Part shown: positions 48,190 through 61,700 of the stretch, in pieces
Layout: each line of letters opens with the position of its first letter
How positions within the stretch are numbered: position 1 is the first letter of the stretch
Source: Azolla caroliniana
Taxonomy: Eukaryota; Plantae; Polypodiophyta
Direction: 5' to 3'
DNA: 64,000 nucleotides
Assembly: GCA_043228905.1 (NCBI GenBank)
Contig: JBHGNT010000020.1
Coordinates: 1 to 64,000, forward strand
Made by a program: the position numbers and the translations under genes
Notes under the pieces: model-generated
Told to the model about the DNA's origin: nothing
The model's input: only the letters and a program-made list of their open reading frames with translations
Database searches by the model: none

Positions 48190-49920
48190 ATGACGGGACT
48201 AATAGCAACCACCGCGTACGTTCCGACAAACAAGGCCGAACCGCGAAGAGCAAGTAGCACCCGGAGAGCGGCACACACCACCTGGAGCCGAGAAGGGAGA
48301 ATCAAGCATCCATTGTTTTATTTGTCAGCAACCCGGACATTATGCCTAGCACGCAAGGGAAAGGGGCCCGCTGTCAATACGATTACGGCGGAGGTGCAAC
48401 AAGTCACGACACGCCAGCAAACAAAAACAGTGGATTGGGTTGCGCAAGACGAGGTACGCCGACAAGCCCAAGCGTGGGTGGAAAAAGCAAACGCAACCAC
48501 TACGGAACGTATGCGGCAGGAGTCCGCGAACACAATGGAGCAAACAGAGAATGAAAGACCGGGTCCGGACCCCATTTGGCAGGTGTTAGCAGGCTGTGAA
48601 ATAACATTAACCATGGAAAAACTGCTACAGCTAGTTCCACGTTTCCGCCAGACCATGGAAGCACAGGCGGTGGGCATACCTAGGGCAAGCGTCGCCACAA
48701 ACCTAATAGACGTCAACGATGGACCACCGGTGGTGGATCAGCACACACCAACTATTACAGTAATATTGCACGGACAGGAAGTTCCTGGATGCGTAATCGA
48801 CAGCGGCTCATGCGTCAATGTAATTAGCGCGAAAACTTGCGAGCAGTTAGGCATTTCCGAGTGGGAGGCGTGTCCATTTTGGCTCCGCATGGCAGATACC
48901 CGCTCAGTGCGACCGTTGGGGTTAATTCACAAAATAGGCATCATCGTGGGCGGACACCGCTTCGACATCTCAGCGGTCATCCTCGCTTTGGAGGCTCCAG
49001 GAGCGTACCCAGTGCTTCTAGGTAGACCATGGCTTCGGACAACAAATATCAAGCAGAGCTGGCAACACGAGTGTATCAGTTTCCGGCATGGACGCACCAA
49101 GGTTCGCGTACCTACGGAAGGCAGCACGCCGCAACCTAAGGGTATAACACCGTTATACACGGAGGACATAAATATGTTGGTTGGGGTGGAGGATGCAGAA
49201 TTGGAGGCGTACCTCGACGAACACCCTCGGATTATTCCGCTATTCGAAATAGATGTCATAGCAACCGTGGCATATTCTGCCACGACCACTATTCCCCACG
49301 ACGAGCCTTACGAACCAAACCCAGAGTCCATATTGGAACTCAGCAGAGCACGGGCGGCATTCGAAAGGGAAATGGAGATTTCACAACGAGTCACCGCTTC
49401 CGCTCTTGAAGAAGTAAATGTGGGTACGGAATCGGAGCCCCGGTTCCTCTCCATCGCAAAGGAATTAAGGCCGGACCAGAGAATCACGATGATTGCACTA
49501 CTCACAGAATATAAAGATGTGTTCGCTTCGGTTCACAAGGACATGAAGGGGTTAGATCCCAAGTTCTATCAGCATAAGATCAATTTAGCAACTGATGCGA
49601 AACCCGTCCAGCAGCGCCGCTACCGCATGAACCCCAACTACGCGACCCGCGTGAAAGAAGAAATTGACAAGCTCCTCAAGGCGGGGTTCATACGACCAGT
49701 TAAACAAGTGACATGGCTAAGCCCAATAGTGGTCGTCCCAAATAAAAACGGCAAAATACGGGTATGCGTAGATTATCGGAAATTAAACGTCGTAACCATT
49801 ACGGACGCATTTCCCTTACCCTTCACCGATAGCGTGTTGGACGCCGTCGCAGGCCATGAGATGTACAGTTTCTTAGATGGCTTCAGTGGCTATAACCAGG
49901 TACGCATGCACCCCGAGGAC
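48190..49920 (+). pseudogene. pol: protease and N-terminal RT of G3
   Basis: VIDSGSCVNV, RVCVDYRKLN, FLDGFSGYNQ; truncated after HPED. Confidence 0.9.
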
Positions 49921-50493
49921 CCGACAACTCCATTCCGAATTCTGAGGACACCGTTCATGAGGCCAAAATGCCTTTGGATGAAAAAGAAATCGAAGCTCAA
50001 GAAGAGAGTCCGATCTCATTCGGGCTAAGCGGGCATAATGAGAGACCGAGTCGGAATCACCAGTCGGATGAGGAGCCGACGAGTAGTGGAGACTCAGCCG
50101 TGCATTCCCCACGCAAGGAACTGAGGAGACAATTCATGTGTAGAGAGAAAGGGAAGAGAAGATGCCGGAATACGACATCGAAAGGGAAGAGTCGGATTAG
50201 AGCGAATCCGACTCTGGAAAGCATGAAGACGGACCTCCGGAGAAGAGGTTGGAGTCAACTAAAAGGGCCATCAAATTGGTAGAGTAGAAATTGCGCCGAT
50301 CTACTTGCCATAAGCACCCCGTAGTTAGATACGGATACAACGAATACATGGCACATCACTATGTGTACATGATAAAAGTGGCGGAACTGCGTGAGCTAGA
50401 GAGCTACGTAGAAGCAACAAAGGACGCAAATTGGCATGCTGCTATGGAGGAAGAGATGCACACTCTCTCAGAGAACGACACATGGGACCTGGT

Positions 50494-51257
50494 TGACGGG
50501 AACTCAAGGCTCCTTATGTCCAACACTCGGCCACAACCGAGCTTCTTTTCATACGCAGAAAACGGGAAACAAATGCACGACACAGTGGAGAGAAAAATAA
50601 TAGTACACAGGAGGTTTACGTGGAAAACCCCAAACTAGGGGAAAAACCACGGCAGCCCACAGGCTGCAAACTGTCACTATGTGAGAATGTACAACAGTGA
50701 GTTCACTGAGGCAACGACCTCGTGCTCACAGATCTTCGCCACACGCGGCGGTTACAACAGAGGCAACGACCTCTTTCTCTCTCTCTCTGTACACTATTAC
50801 GTGCTCTCTCTTCTTCTTGCACCAACAAACAAAAAATGACAACAACAATTACTAAAAGTTTGCCCTAAGTCATATTTATACTAATATGACTTTTCGGCTA
50901 TTTACAAAATGTAGCCTCGATGGGCTCTCAGAAACATATTTACGAATATGTCTCTTCATCCGGTTCTCACCGGGTCTGTACCATCCGGCTCTCCATAGCC
51001 GGGTACTCCTCATCCGGTTCATACTGGGCCTGCACCATCCGGCTCTCTGTAGCCAGGTACTCCTCATCCAGTTCATACCGGGCCTGCACCATCCGGCTCT
51101 CCGTAGCCGGGTACTCCTCATCCGGTTCATACCGGGTCTGTACCATCCGGCTCTCCGTAGCCGGGTCCTCCTCATACGGTTTCTTCCTTCCCATCCGGAG
51201 TTTGTTCATCGGCACTGTTCTTCTTCCTTCCCATCCGGAGGGACTTGTTTCCCAACA
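50494..51257 (-). mobile_element. solo LTR, C3 (Tork-like) family
   Basis: TGAC...CAACA with TSD CTGGT at 50489-50493 and 51258-51262. Confidence 0.92.
50957..51180. repeat. 54-bp tandem repeat, ~4 copies, inside the solo LTR
   Basis: unit CATCCGGTTCATACCGGG...GGGTACTCCT; 18-aa periodicity in shadow ORFs. Confidence 0.9.
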
Positions 51258-52830
51258 CTGGTGGACGTTCCGAAGAGAGTGACGTCGATCTAATGCAGGT
51301 GGGTGTACAAGGTCAAGTACAACACCGATGACTTCGACAATCGGTACAAGGCCCGGTTAGTGGCAAATGGCTATGGACAGCAACACGTCATCAACTACGA
51401 TGAGACTTTTGCACCGGTCAAGAAGATGGCAACCGTTCATGTCCTGCTCGCAGTAGCTGCGGCAAAGGGGTGACACTTACATCAAATGGATGTAAAGTAT
51501 GTGTTTCTTCAAGGTGAGCTTCAAGAACATGTGTACATGGTACAACCCCCCGGATTTCAGTCCAGAATGAATATGTTGAATGTTTGCCGGCTAAGGAAGT
51601 CCCTCTATGGGCTAAAGCAAGCCCCGCATGCCTGGAACGTGAAGATTACACAACGACTATGTTAGATGGGGTTTGCCACGTCGAAGTTAGACTCGTCACT
51701 CTTCATCCGACAAGGTTTGAGAGGGCTGGTTAGTATTTTACTTTACATTGATGATTTAGTCATCGCCGGTGCCGACCAAGAAGAAATCAGTGGCTTCAAG
51801 TCCCAACTAGCAGCATCATTCAACATGAAGGATCTGGGGGACTTTCATTACTTCCTCGGGATCGAAGTGATTTGCACCTCCGAAGGCATACTGATTAGCC
51901 AACGACATTATGTGTTGAGTATGCTCTTCAAGTTCGGAATGATGGAGTGCAAGTTCGTCTCAACTCCTCTAGATAGGAATGTGAAGCTTTGCCCCGACTA
52001 TAGAACGACATGCGATCCGAAACGGTTCCGACAGATAGTCGGAAGCCTTATCTACATGACCATCACCCGTCCAGACCTCAACTATATGGTCGGCATGATT
52101 AGTCAATTCATGGCGCATCCAACCGTTGAGCACCTTCAATGCGCACAACACATACTCAGGTATGACAACGGCACCAATGACCAGTGGTTGCTATATCGGG
52201 CCGGTGTAGCCGGACAATTAGTCGGCTACACGGATGTCAATTGGGCTAGAACTGTTGGCAACTGTAGGTCTACATCTGGTTATGCATTTTCACTTGGAAG
52301 CTCCACAGTCGCCTGGAGAAGCAAGAAGTAACTGCCAGTTGCATTATTGAGCACCGAGGCTGAGTATCGAGGAGCAGCTATCGCGACATGCGAAGCCATT
52401 TGTGTTAGAGACATGAACTAATGTAAGCATTAGATAAGGATAGAATATAGATAGATAGATAGAAAGGAGAGAGAAAGAAGGGTGTCGATCCACCCGACCA
52501 CCCTCGAGCAAAGGGATCGAGACGGACTCGAGCCTCGATCGGCGTCCCATACCACCATCATGGCGTCGAGTCGTACCTGCTGCTAGCGCACTTGCTACAA
52601 GAGTTGACCCACCACAAGATAGAGTCTTGACGTAGTCAACCAGATGATGAAATGAGGGTAGCTAGGCCTCTTATTTATAGCGATACCCAAGGCCCCCAGA
52701 CAAGTTCACACTTGGCCTAAGGGGTTGTCTCAATCCCGAGGATTAAAAGTAATCCTCCCTTTCTTTACACTCTCCTTTATCCATGTGTATAGAATACTAC
52801 GGTAAATTCTGACCACGGGATATTATATGG

Positions 52831-55800
52831 TCATGCCCATAACATACTCCCCCGCTTTAAAACATTGCACTCTTGCAATGGAAAGTTAGGGAAGTTAGTT
52901 CTGAGAGTATTTTCACGTTCCCATGTGGCATCTTTGATTGATTTATCCATCCATTTTATTTTAAATTCTAGGATTTCTTTAGTACTTAATTTTTTTGTTT
53001 TAACATCGAGAATCCTTTCTGCTACATTTGGTTTAGAAGATAATTCTTCAAAAGTAACCAGAGTTTCAGTTGTAACTGTATTGTCGCCATAACCTAGAAG
53101 TTCTTTTAAACGACTCACATGAAAAACTGGATGAATTTCAACACCATCAGGAAGAGCGAGACGATAGGCTGATGACCCAATGCGTTTGAGGACTGTAAAA
53201 GATCCACAAAACCGTGGGGCTAACTTAGTGCACTTACCCTTAGACAATGTCTTAGAATTGTGAGGTACATGTAAAAATACCTTCTGTCCAAGGTTGAATA
53301 CACGAGGTTGCCTATGATGATCGGCATAAAAACGCACTCTATCTTGAGCTGTTTTTATATTATCTCGTGCAATATGCAACATATCTTGCATATCCTGAAG
53401 AAAGTTTTGCGTACTTTGCAACTCATCATGATGTATATTAACATCAATCGGGGCTCGTGGTTGAAAACCATACATCAACATAAAAGGACTATATCCCGTC
53501 GACATATGCTTGGAACTGTTATAAGCAAACTCCAAAATTGGGAGATAACGTTATCGCGTAAATTCGACGAGGACGCGCGAGCTTGAGGCAGGACCCTGGG
53601 GCCTCCGACCGGAAGATATTAGATTCGTATGATTATATTAAACAATTAATACAAAATGAGAAAGATTCACAAATTTCATTAAGAAAGGGAAAAGAAAAAT
53701 TACAATCAATCCCAAGATTGGGATTACAAAAGTTTTAGCTTATGGAGATTACTAGAATAATAGATTAGAAGAAACTAAGATACAGATTCGATAGGAAAAT
53801 TATATGGTTTCCATAGGGAAAATTAGGGTTTATGACTTCCGTAAGGAAATTTAGGGTTCTTGGCTTCGATAAGATAAGAGAGCTCAGAAGGAAAAGAAAA
53901 AAAATTAAGATAATATGGAGAGAGCATGAGTGTAGGAAAAAAAATGGAATTTTATATGGAGATCTCCCTTGATCATCTACATGTCCACTTTTTGTTGCAT
54001 GGCCTCTACTTTTAGTTGCTTAGCTTTTTCTTTTAGTTGCATCTATTTTTAGTTGCATGCCTTTTTCTTTTAGTTGCATGCGACCATCCACATGACCTTT
54101 ACTTTTTGCATGCACTCCAACTTTAGTTGCTTGCGTCCACATGGCCTTTACTTTAGTTCTCTTCATTTTACTTTAGTTTGTTGTATGATCCAATCCCTCG
54201 CCAGCCAGTTCCATTTTGCTTGCCGGCCGGTTCCAATTTGCTTGCCGAACGGTTCCGGTTCCGGGTTTGCTTACCGGCCAGTTTCCAGTTTTGCTTCCAG
54301 CCGGTTTCCTGATTTGCTTACCAGCCGAGTCCCGGTTTTGCTTGCCGACCAGTTCCGGTTCCGATTCCGGTTTTGCTTATCGGCCGGTTTCCGGTTTTTG
54401 GGAACTTGGCCACCATCATCCATCAAGACAAAGTGGCCAAACTGCTCTTAGCACAAATGAAAAATGAGGGAGCTCAAGGTGCTTATATAGCCAGGGCCTT
54501 AAGTTTTCTATCTATGTGGGATAGTTCTAATTTCCCTATCTTCTCAAACTTCATTTTCACATAACTTGATATGTATTTCTCCATTTTGTATATAGTAAAA
54601 TACGTTTTGAAGCTCTTGAGTATATCCATCTTTCTATAGTAAGCTACTAATCTAATCTATAATAATTATTTCATTATTTTTTTACATAGTGTGTGAAGAT
54701 TCACACGACAACGTTCCCATTTTGTTGGTTTTGCACCAACATATGCTCGAAGCATGTCCTCAATTATTTTATTTACTCGTTCTGTCTGTCAATCGGATTG
54801 AGGATAATCCGTGGAGCTCATGCTCAATGTAGTTTCTAACTTCTTAAAGACTTGCGTCCAGAAGTCACTAGTAAACTTTGGATCCTGATCACTCACGATA
54901 TCCATCGATAACCCATAAAAATGAAATAACTCGTCAACGAATTGGTAAGCCAATTCAAGAGCTGTTACCGTGGTTTTAGTAGCAATAAATCTGGCCATTT
55001 TAGTTAGTCTATCAACCACAACCCAGATGGCATCATGACCTTTTTGCGTGCGAGGAAGGCTAACAATAAAATCCATGGATATACTTTCCCACTTATTATT
55101 GGGAATGTCCAAGGAATGTAAAAGTCTTGCGGCTTTAAGTCGCTTGGCTTTGTTAACCTGACATTAGTGACATTTAGTCACATAACTATGTATGTCAAGA
55201 CACATCTTAGGCCAATAAAATTGAGTGGAGATGAGAACGATTGTATGATGTATTCCAGGGTGCCTTACTGAGGGTGCATCATGGCATTAAAAAAGAATCC
55301 TCTTTTTGACTTGGGGTAAATCTGGAACACAATCCTTCCCATTACGGTAGAGTAGACCGTTAGCAATGTGGAAGTATTCCTTCGAGGATGTGGTGGTGTT
55401 TATTCCAGACTCAACTCTTGCCCAATATTTTGCAAAATAACTGTCATCAGGATACTTTCCTCGAAGGTGATCATAAAGATCTGATGATATTTTAGTGAAG
55501 CTAAGCATGTTAACTTCACGGATGCGACTTAGTGCATCAGCAACAATATTCATGGAACCTTTACGATATCATATGGAGAAATCAAAGTCCTGGATGAGAT
55601 CAGCCCATCGTGCCTTACGACCTTTCAGGTCTTGTTGGTCACAAAAATATTTCAAGGACTTGTGGTTCGTAGTTACCACAAAGCGATTTCCATAAAGATA
55701 ATGGCGCCATGTTTTGAGCGCATGTATAACTGAAAATAATTCCTTTTGTTGAACGGTATACCGACATTGAGCAGAATCAAGTTTCTTACTCTCAAATGCT

Positions 55801-58432
55801 ATTGGTTTACCATCTTGATATAAGACAGCACCTATAGCATAATCGCTTGCATCGGTTTCAACCTCAAAAGGTTTTGAAGGATCGGGTAAAAGAAGTGAAG
55901 GAGCCTTGCACACCAGTTCCTTGAGTTCCTTAAAGGCGAGGTCTAGTGTAGCATTCTAGACAATAGGTTTTGTAGACTTACGCGTTTGACCTTTTAGAAG
56001 ATCAGTAAACGACATCGTCAATTGGGAGTAATTACGAAGGGATTTTCGCAAAAACCCGACAAAACCAAGGAATGATCGAACTTCTCGAATATTTCGAAGA
56101 GTGGGCCAAAGCTTGATTTTCTCGATACGAGAAGGATCAATTTCAATTCCTCATTCGGTTATGACATGTCCAAGATAAGTAATTGATTTCTTGAAGAACT
56201 CACATTTTGAGATCTTCGCGTAAAACTGTTTGTCACACAATGTTTCTAAAACAAAGCGGACATGTTTAGCATGTTCTTGTAATGTACGGGTATAAACTAA
56301 AATATCATCCAAGAAAATAACGACAAATTTTCCAAGTTGTTCTCGGAAAATGCCATTCATTTCTTGTTGAAATGTAGCCGAAGCATTGGTCAAACCAAAA
56401 GGCATAACCAAAAACTCATAATGGCCATAGCGCGTACAAAATGTCGTTTTAGGAACATCGTCCTCACTTATACAAATTTGATGGTAGCCAGTACGGAGAT
56501 CAGGTTTCCTAAAATACCGAGCTCCCTAGAGATGGTCAATTAGATCGTCAACTCGGGGCAGCTCGGGGCAATGGATACGAATTCTTGATCGTCACTTTAT
56601 TCAAGCGTCGGTAATTAATACACATACGCCATGTGCCCTCTTTCTTTTTAACCAAGAGAACTGGTGCACCCCATGGAGATTTACTATAATGTATATAACG
56701 TAAATAGTCCTTGAGTTGCTTAGATACCTCATCCTCTTCGGTTCGACTTAAGCGATAAGGAGGTATACTTATTGGTGCAATGCCAGGTACAATATCTATA
56801 CGATGGTCTATATTACGTTTAGGAGGTAACCCATCTGGTAGTTCACTTAGAAAAACATCACAAACATCATTTAAGATTTCATCAAGTTGTTGTTGTTCAA
56901 AATATGTTAATTGAACCGAGACATTATCGATATTGTAAACGTGAATGTCTAGATCAAGTACACAATAAAATAGAGTAGAACAAGACAACTCGGATATTGA
57001 TGGACATGAGGAAACAATCGAGAGGGATTGTTTTTTGACACATTGAATAAAATGAGTACAATCTTTCAGTACAAAAGTTATTGAATGATGAACCCAATCA
57101 ATAAATAAAGAAGAGTTTTTATTATAAAACCAGGGATAACCCAATATTACATCGGTGGTACAAAGATTCATTACATGGAAGTCTACTTCCTCTATATAAG
57201 TATCAAGAGAAATTCCTAATGAATGAATTGCCCCGTTGATGTATTGTACTCTTCCATCAGCCAAGTGCATCGTATAGGTGTGATCACTTACGGTGGGTTG
57301 GATTCCCCATATCTAAACCAAACGATCATTCACAAAGTTGTGTGAGCTTCCCGAATCAAAAAAAAATTGTACGGGAGATCCATTGATATACTCGTTTGCA
57401 CGTAGTAAATCATTGGGACCCAATACATAGTGAGGGAAAGAACATTGACAATTACTTAAATGATGTGTATAGACCTGAAGGACATTAGGAATCTGACCTT
57501 TATGGTCTGCAGCTTTAGCTTTGTTGTCGTGCTCTTTCCGTTGGAGCTTTCGACATTGATCTTTTGTATGACCCTTCTTTTTGCAGAATACGCAAAAAGG
57601 ATGTTGTCGCTTGCAATCGCGATCCATGAATTCGTTGGGTATCTTGTGTTTCCCAACGAATTGCGATTGCTTAGTCCCGGGCACTTTGTTGGGTTTGTTG
57701 TGGTCCTTCTTCAAAGTGCGTTGATAGCGAAGAACTATTTCAACGGCCTCTTCAAAGGATTTTGGATCCTTATCTTGCACTATCCAGTGATAGTCCGAAT
57801 TGGGGATGCCATTGACAAAACAAGCTATTAACCAATTGTCCCCTTCTAGACCTGATTTTTGAATTTAGGTTCTAGCATGGTGGACATAGTCTTCTAGCAA
57901 AGAAAATTTCCTGCTAGAGAGGTTCATTAAAGCTTGAGCTGCCTCGGTTCGAGAGGGAGGTTGTAGAACTTGGCCCTTAAAAACTTTGACAAAATCTGCC
58001 CAAGTATCGTGCAATTTCCCCAAAGTACGGAGCCCACACCACCAAGCGGTGGCCTTACCCCCTAGTTCTTGGTCGACATATGCAATCTTCGTACTATCTG
58101 GCGTGGGATAGAGCTCAAAATGAGACTCCCATCAGCCCAGCCACGTGCAGATTGCTTCGTCGGTTCTTTCCTTTTTGTCTCCCGTAAATGGCTTAATGAC
58201 AAACGATGGTTCACCTTGTCGCTCATAAGGTCTATTAGTCTCACATTGTAAACTAATGACATGTGCCTCAAGAGCACTTTGAGATTGCCGAAGTTCGGTC
58301 ATCTGTTGAGCGGTGAAACTAAGATATTGGCTTATTTGCGAAAAATACATCTCAATGGACATTTGTCCAGGAGGATTCCCTTGAGTTCCTTCCGCTTGAG
58401 CGGATGACATCGAGTCGTTATTTTGAGCCATT
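52831..58432 (-). pseudogene. G5 gag-PR-RT-RH-IN-chromodomain (disrupted)
   Basis: CVFCKKKGHTKDQC, FFDSGSSHNF, FLDDIL, ETDASD, ISMDFI, ERILD..IKW..DATWE. Confidence 0.93.
53552..54710. mobile_element. 1.16-kb insertion, probably a solo LTR of an unidentified family, in G5 integrase
   Basis: ends TATCGCGT...ACACGACA; flanked by ACGT on both sides; removal restores KWERYLPILEFAYN; internal TTTAGTTGC and CCGGTT arrays. Confidence 0.75.
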
Positions 58433-59299
58433 AAATGATTATTTCTGGAAAAGAAATAGGATAAGGTCAGAGAGATAGTCATAACATCATGTCGTGATGT
58501 AAACATATCATGGGCGAACATTAATCGATATCATTATCTCACGTCAATACCCCTCTAGACGTACGAGATGAGGTTCAAGATCAGGTTACTATGGTAACAC
58601 AAATGTGTTTTAAAAACCATGGGGGTGACAATTTAATGTCTTTCCCTGATCTCTATATCGATTATTTTATGGCGGCTCCCTGAGGCTCAACCATGTATGT
58701 TCGTGTCATGAATAGTTTATACACGAAAAAAATGTTAACAATAAACTATGTTTCGGTGCCCACATATGTGGTTTCGGCTCTTTAAGTCCTATTACGAGGA
58801 CCCCAAAGTGCACTTAGACCTTAAGTCTAAACATGTGTTATAGTCATATGTATCAACGATGTTGTATGGTCTTGGTCATATTTGAACTCGAGACCTCGAG
58901 AACAAATACATTAAACACTTGAGCCAACCAAGTAGATTGCTCTTCTTTGAATGTTTAATGTTTTATGCATAAGGACCGACCTCACATGAACTGGGTCAAG
59001 CCCTACGTACTCAACATCATTATGGCTATAGGCGTTTCTTTACGTAACGAAATATTGAAGTCACCAACAGGGATTTCAATAATAAGAAATTGTTGAAAAA
59101 AGGGATGGTGACAAAGCCATTCTCACAAAAATGTGAGGATGGCCACCAAGATCCTTTCCCCGAAAAGGAAAACATTCGATTTAAAATCACGTAATAACTT
59201 ATATACAAATATGTATATTATCACATATATACGATCAACTACGTATACACGTGACCATATATGCCTATATTAAACAAATCGTTATATTTAATAGCCAAA

Positions 59300-59630
59300 A
59301 ATGACGTAATCGAGGCATATACCTCTACGCACACGAGATAATGTCATCCAAAAATAAGGGTTAATCGTAATACGGAATTGAGGTATTGACCTCTTACACA
59401 TACGAGACCAAACGCATATCATTTACAACGAATTGAGGTATTGACCTCATACACAAACGTAACATATGTTTGTGAACGTAATACGCAATTGAGGTATTAA
59501 CCTCGTGCGCATACGACACTCATCACATCTTCAATATACGTCAAATGAGGTATTGACCTTATACACATATGTAAACGTTTTATACGTCAAATGAGGTATT
59601 GACCTTATATACATATGTAAACGTTTTATA
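59300..59630. repeat. degenerate tandem repeats in the 5' UTR of G5
   Basis: TGAGGTATTGACCT recurs about 5-6 times; last two ~46-bp units nearly identical. Confidence 0.8.
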
Positions 59631-60178
59631 CAACCAATAAATTACCACTACAACATCATTGAATTAATGAAACAAATCTACATATTAACCATACACATGA
59701 TTAGATGGGAGAAGAAAAAATAGACAAAAAAAAACAAGAAAGATTACCGAAGTTCCTTTGTTGATCCTTGTCTGCATGAAGGCCAACCGCACGTAGATCG
59801 ATCACCATCAATCAAGAACACAAAAGACAACAAAAGAAACATTACAAAATGAGCTCTGATACCAATTGTTAGAGACATGAACTAATGTAACCATTAGATA
59901 AGGATAGAATTTGTCTGCGAGCAAGTCCTTTCCGGTGAAGTCGAACCGGTCTATGTTTCGACGGATCTGCAGACTGCCGATATCTTCACCAAGCCCCTTG
60001 GCATGGACAAGTTGCGGCAATTTTCGGGTGCGCTTGGCTTTCAACACCCCAACGTGTTGAACTTGAGGGGGAGACATAGAGAAAGGAGTGGAAGAGACTA
60101 GAAAGCCGAGTCGGATGAGGAGTTCGACTTTGGGTCGACTGAGGAAGTCGAAGACGGATACAAGGGAAAGCGAGAGCC

Positions 60179-60377
60179 GGAGCCAACCGAATAAGGGGGA
60201 CGCAAAGCCAAGAAGGGCAAGACCTGGACATAGTCTGTGTGAGGAAAAATAACGCTTGGCCACAACCGACTCTTAAATGGAGCCAACAGAGAAAGGGGGA
60301 GGTAAAGCCAAGAAGGGCAAGACCCAAACATGGTCTGTGTGAGGAAAAATAACGCTCGGCCACAACTGACTCTTAAA
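60179..60377 (+). repeat. two-copy ~100-bp tandem repeat in the C6 3' UTR
   Basis: AAAGCCAAGAAGGGCAAGACC...GACTCTTAAA occurs twice. Confidence 0.85.
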
Positions 60378-61067
60378 CAACAAATGGAAGAAAAACAAAC
60401 TAACTAGACGACGCAAGATGTTAACGTTGTCGAGGTATTCCTCGCGGATGCGTGGAATGAGGCGGGACCTCGGGGGTCCTGTACCGAAGAGCAAGAGAGG
60501 AAGGAGAAGAGACCCTCTACGTGCGAGCGTAGATCCACAGGGACACGGCCCTTCGACGCAAAGACGCAAGTGGGACAGCGACACAGAAAGACACGAATGT
60601 ATGTATGTATTAACAAAGACAAACAACAAGAACACGAAGACAACAAAAACACAAAGTCGGTTACAACCGAACAGGCCGGCGAACAGATGCCGATGCCTGT
60701 TCGTAAACACACAGAAGGAGAAGAGTAGGTTGGAGGTGCTGTCGAAAGCACTCGGGCATTCCTCAGAGCAGCGCGAGCCTCCCGAAACCCTGCACAGAAA
60801 GCAGCCACGGAGTTTGCAAGCCAGAGAGAGAGAGAAGCCTTCGCCCACAAACCGACAGCACTTCGTCCTCGACTCTCCGCGATCCCTTCCTCCTCCTCGT
60901 CTCCCTCCTTTTATAGGCCAGGAAGGAGCCGTTTCCCCTTTACTTCTTACCTACCAAATCTACCTGCCTAGGATCTCCTATGTACAACGTAAGGCGCACG
61001 TGCATGAAGAGCTGGTTCCTACGCTCCGGTGCACCGATTCCGCTTGTGGATGGTTTTCTTCACGACA
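60378..61067 (-). mobile_element. partial LTR of an unidentified family
   Basis: minus strand starts TGTCGTG, has CCTATAAAAGG near 60910 then a CT-rich leader; abuts a Tork-like LTR at ACGT. Confidence 0.55.
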
Positions 61068-61700
61068 ACGTGGAAAACCCTAAATGGGAAAAACCACGGG
61101 AGCCCACAGATTCCAACTATCACTATGAGGGGGAGGAATACAATGTGAGACTTAGAGGCAACGACCTCGAGCTCTATGTCTTCGCCAAACCAGCGGTTAC
61201 AACAGAAAACTAGTTCTGTATCTCTCTCGCTCTCTCTGTGTACAACAACACTAAATCGTCATCATCATAAAGTGATGGCCCTAAGTCATATTTATACTTA
61301 TATGAATTTTGGGCTATTTACAAATATAGCCTCAATGGGCTTATCCTAACATATTTACAAATATGTCCTTGGATCCGGTTCGCATCGGATCCATCCGGAT
61401 TCACTATTTCCGGTTTCCGGATCTTATCCGGAACCCTTCCGAATCCGGCTTCTTCATCCGGCTCCTCCGGTTCTCATCTGGATCCCATCCGGAGGCACCA
61501 AATTCCCAACAAGCTCCCCCTTCACTCTAGCATGGGATTTTTTGTTAATCCGATCCGTTTCCAGCACGCGTCCAGCTTGTCGGTTGAAAGCATATCCGAT
61601 CCGTTCTCCTTTGTGTGGATCTTCATCAGCATGAAGTCTTGATCTTCTACCTTCTCCCGGAGCCAGTGATATCTCCTCTGGATGTGCTTGGTCCGGGAGC
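61068..61700 (-). mobile_element. Tork-like copia 3' end (LTR part 61068-61511, PPT, RNase H tail)
   Basis: RTKHIQRRYHWLRE..NGSDML; AAGGGGGAG PPT; LTR similar to C3. Confidence 0.85.

Larger units (their letters stand above)
46424..49920 (+). mobile_element. Ty3/gypsy G3 (G2 family), 3'-truncated within RT
   Basis: LTR 46424-46864 similar to G2 LTR; PBS 46869-46882; gag and PR-RT ORFs. Confidence 0.9.
52403..59910 (-). mobile_element. Ty3/gypsy chromovirus G5 (Met PBS), 5' LTR mostly deleted
   Basis: 3' LTR 52403-52844; PPT 52845-52858; PBS 59853-59864; LTR stub 59867-59910 matches 52403 onward. Confidence 0.9.
45301..60376 (+). mobile_element. Ty1/copia C6 (C1/C4 family), fragmented host of G3, a solo LTR and G5
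   Basis: collinear pieces 45301-46423 (PR/IN), 49921-50493, 51263-52402 (RT/RH, LYIDDL), 59911-60376 (RH end and 3' UTR). Confidence 0.8.

Noticed and set aside
50957-51180. CRISPR-like array or repeat protein
   Set aside because: Head-to-tail repeats without unique spacers, inside a solo LTR.
59909-59913. ATTTG matching the G5 left flank as a TSD
   Set aside because: The LTR is truncated and the host RNase H resumes well downstream, so this is a deletion junction.
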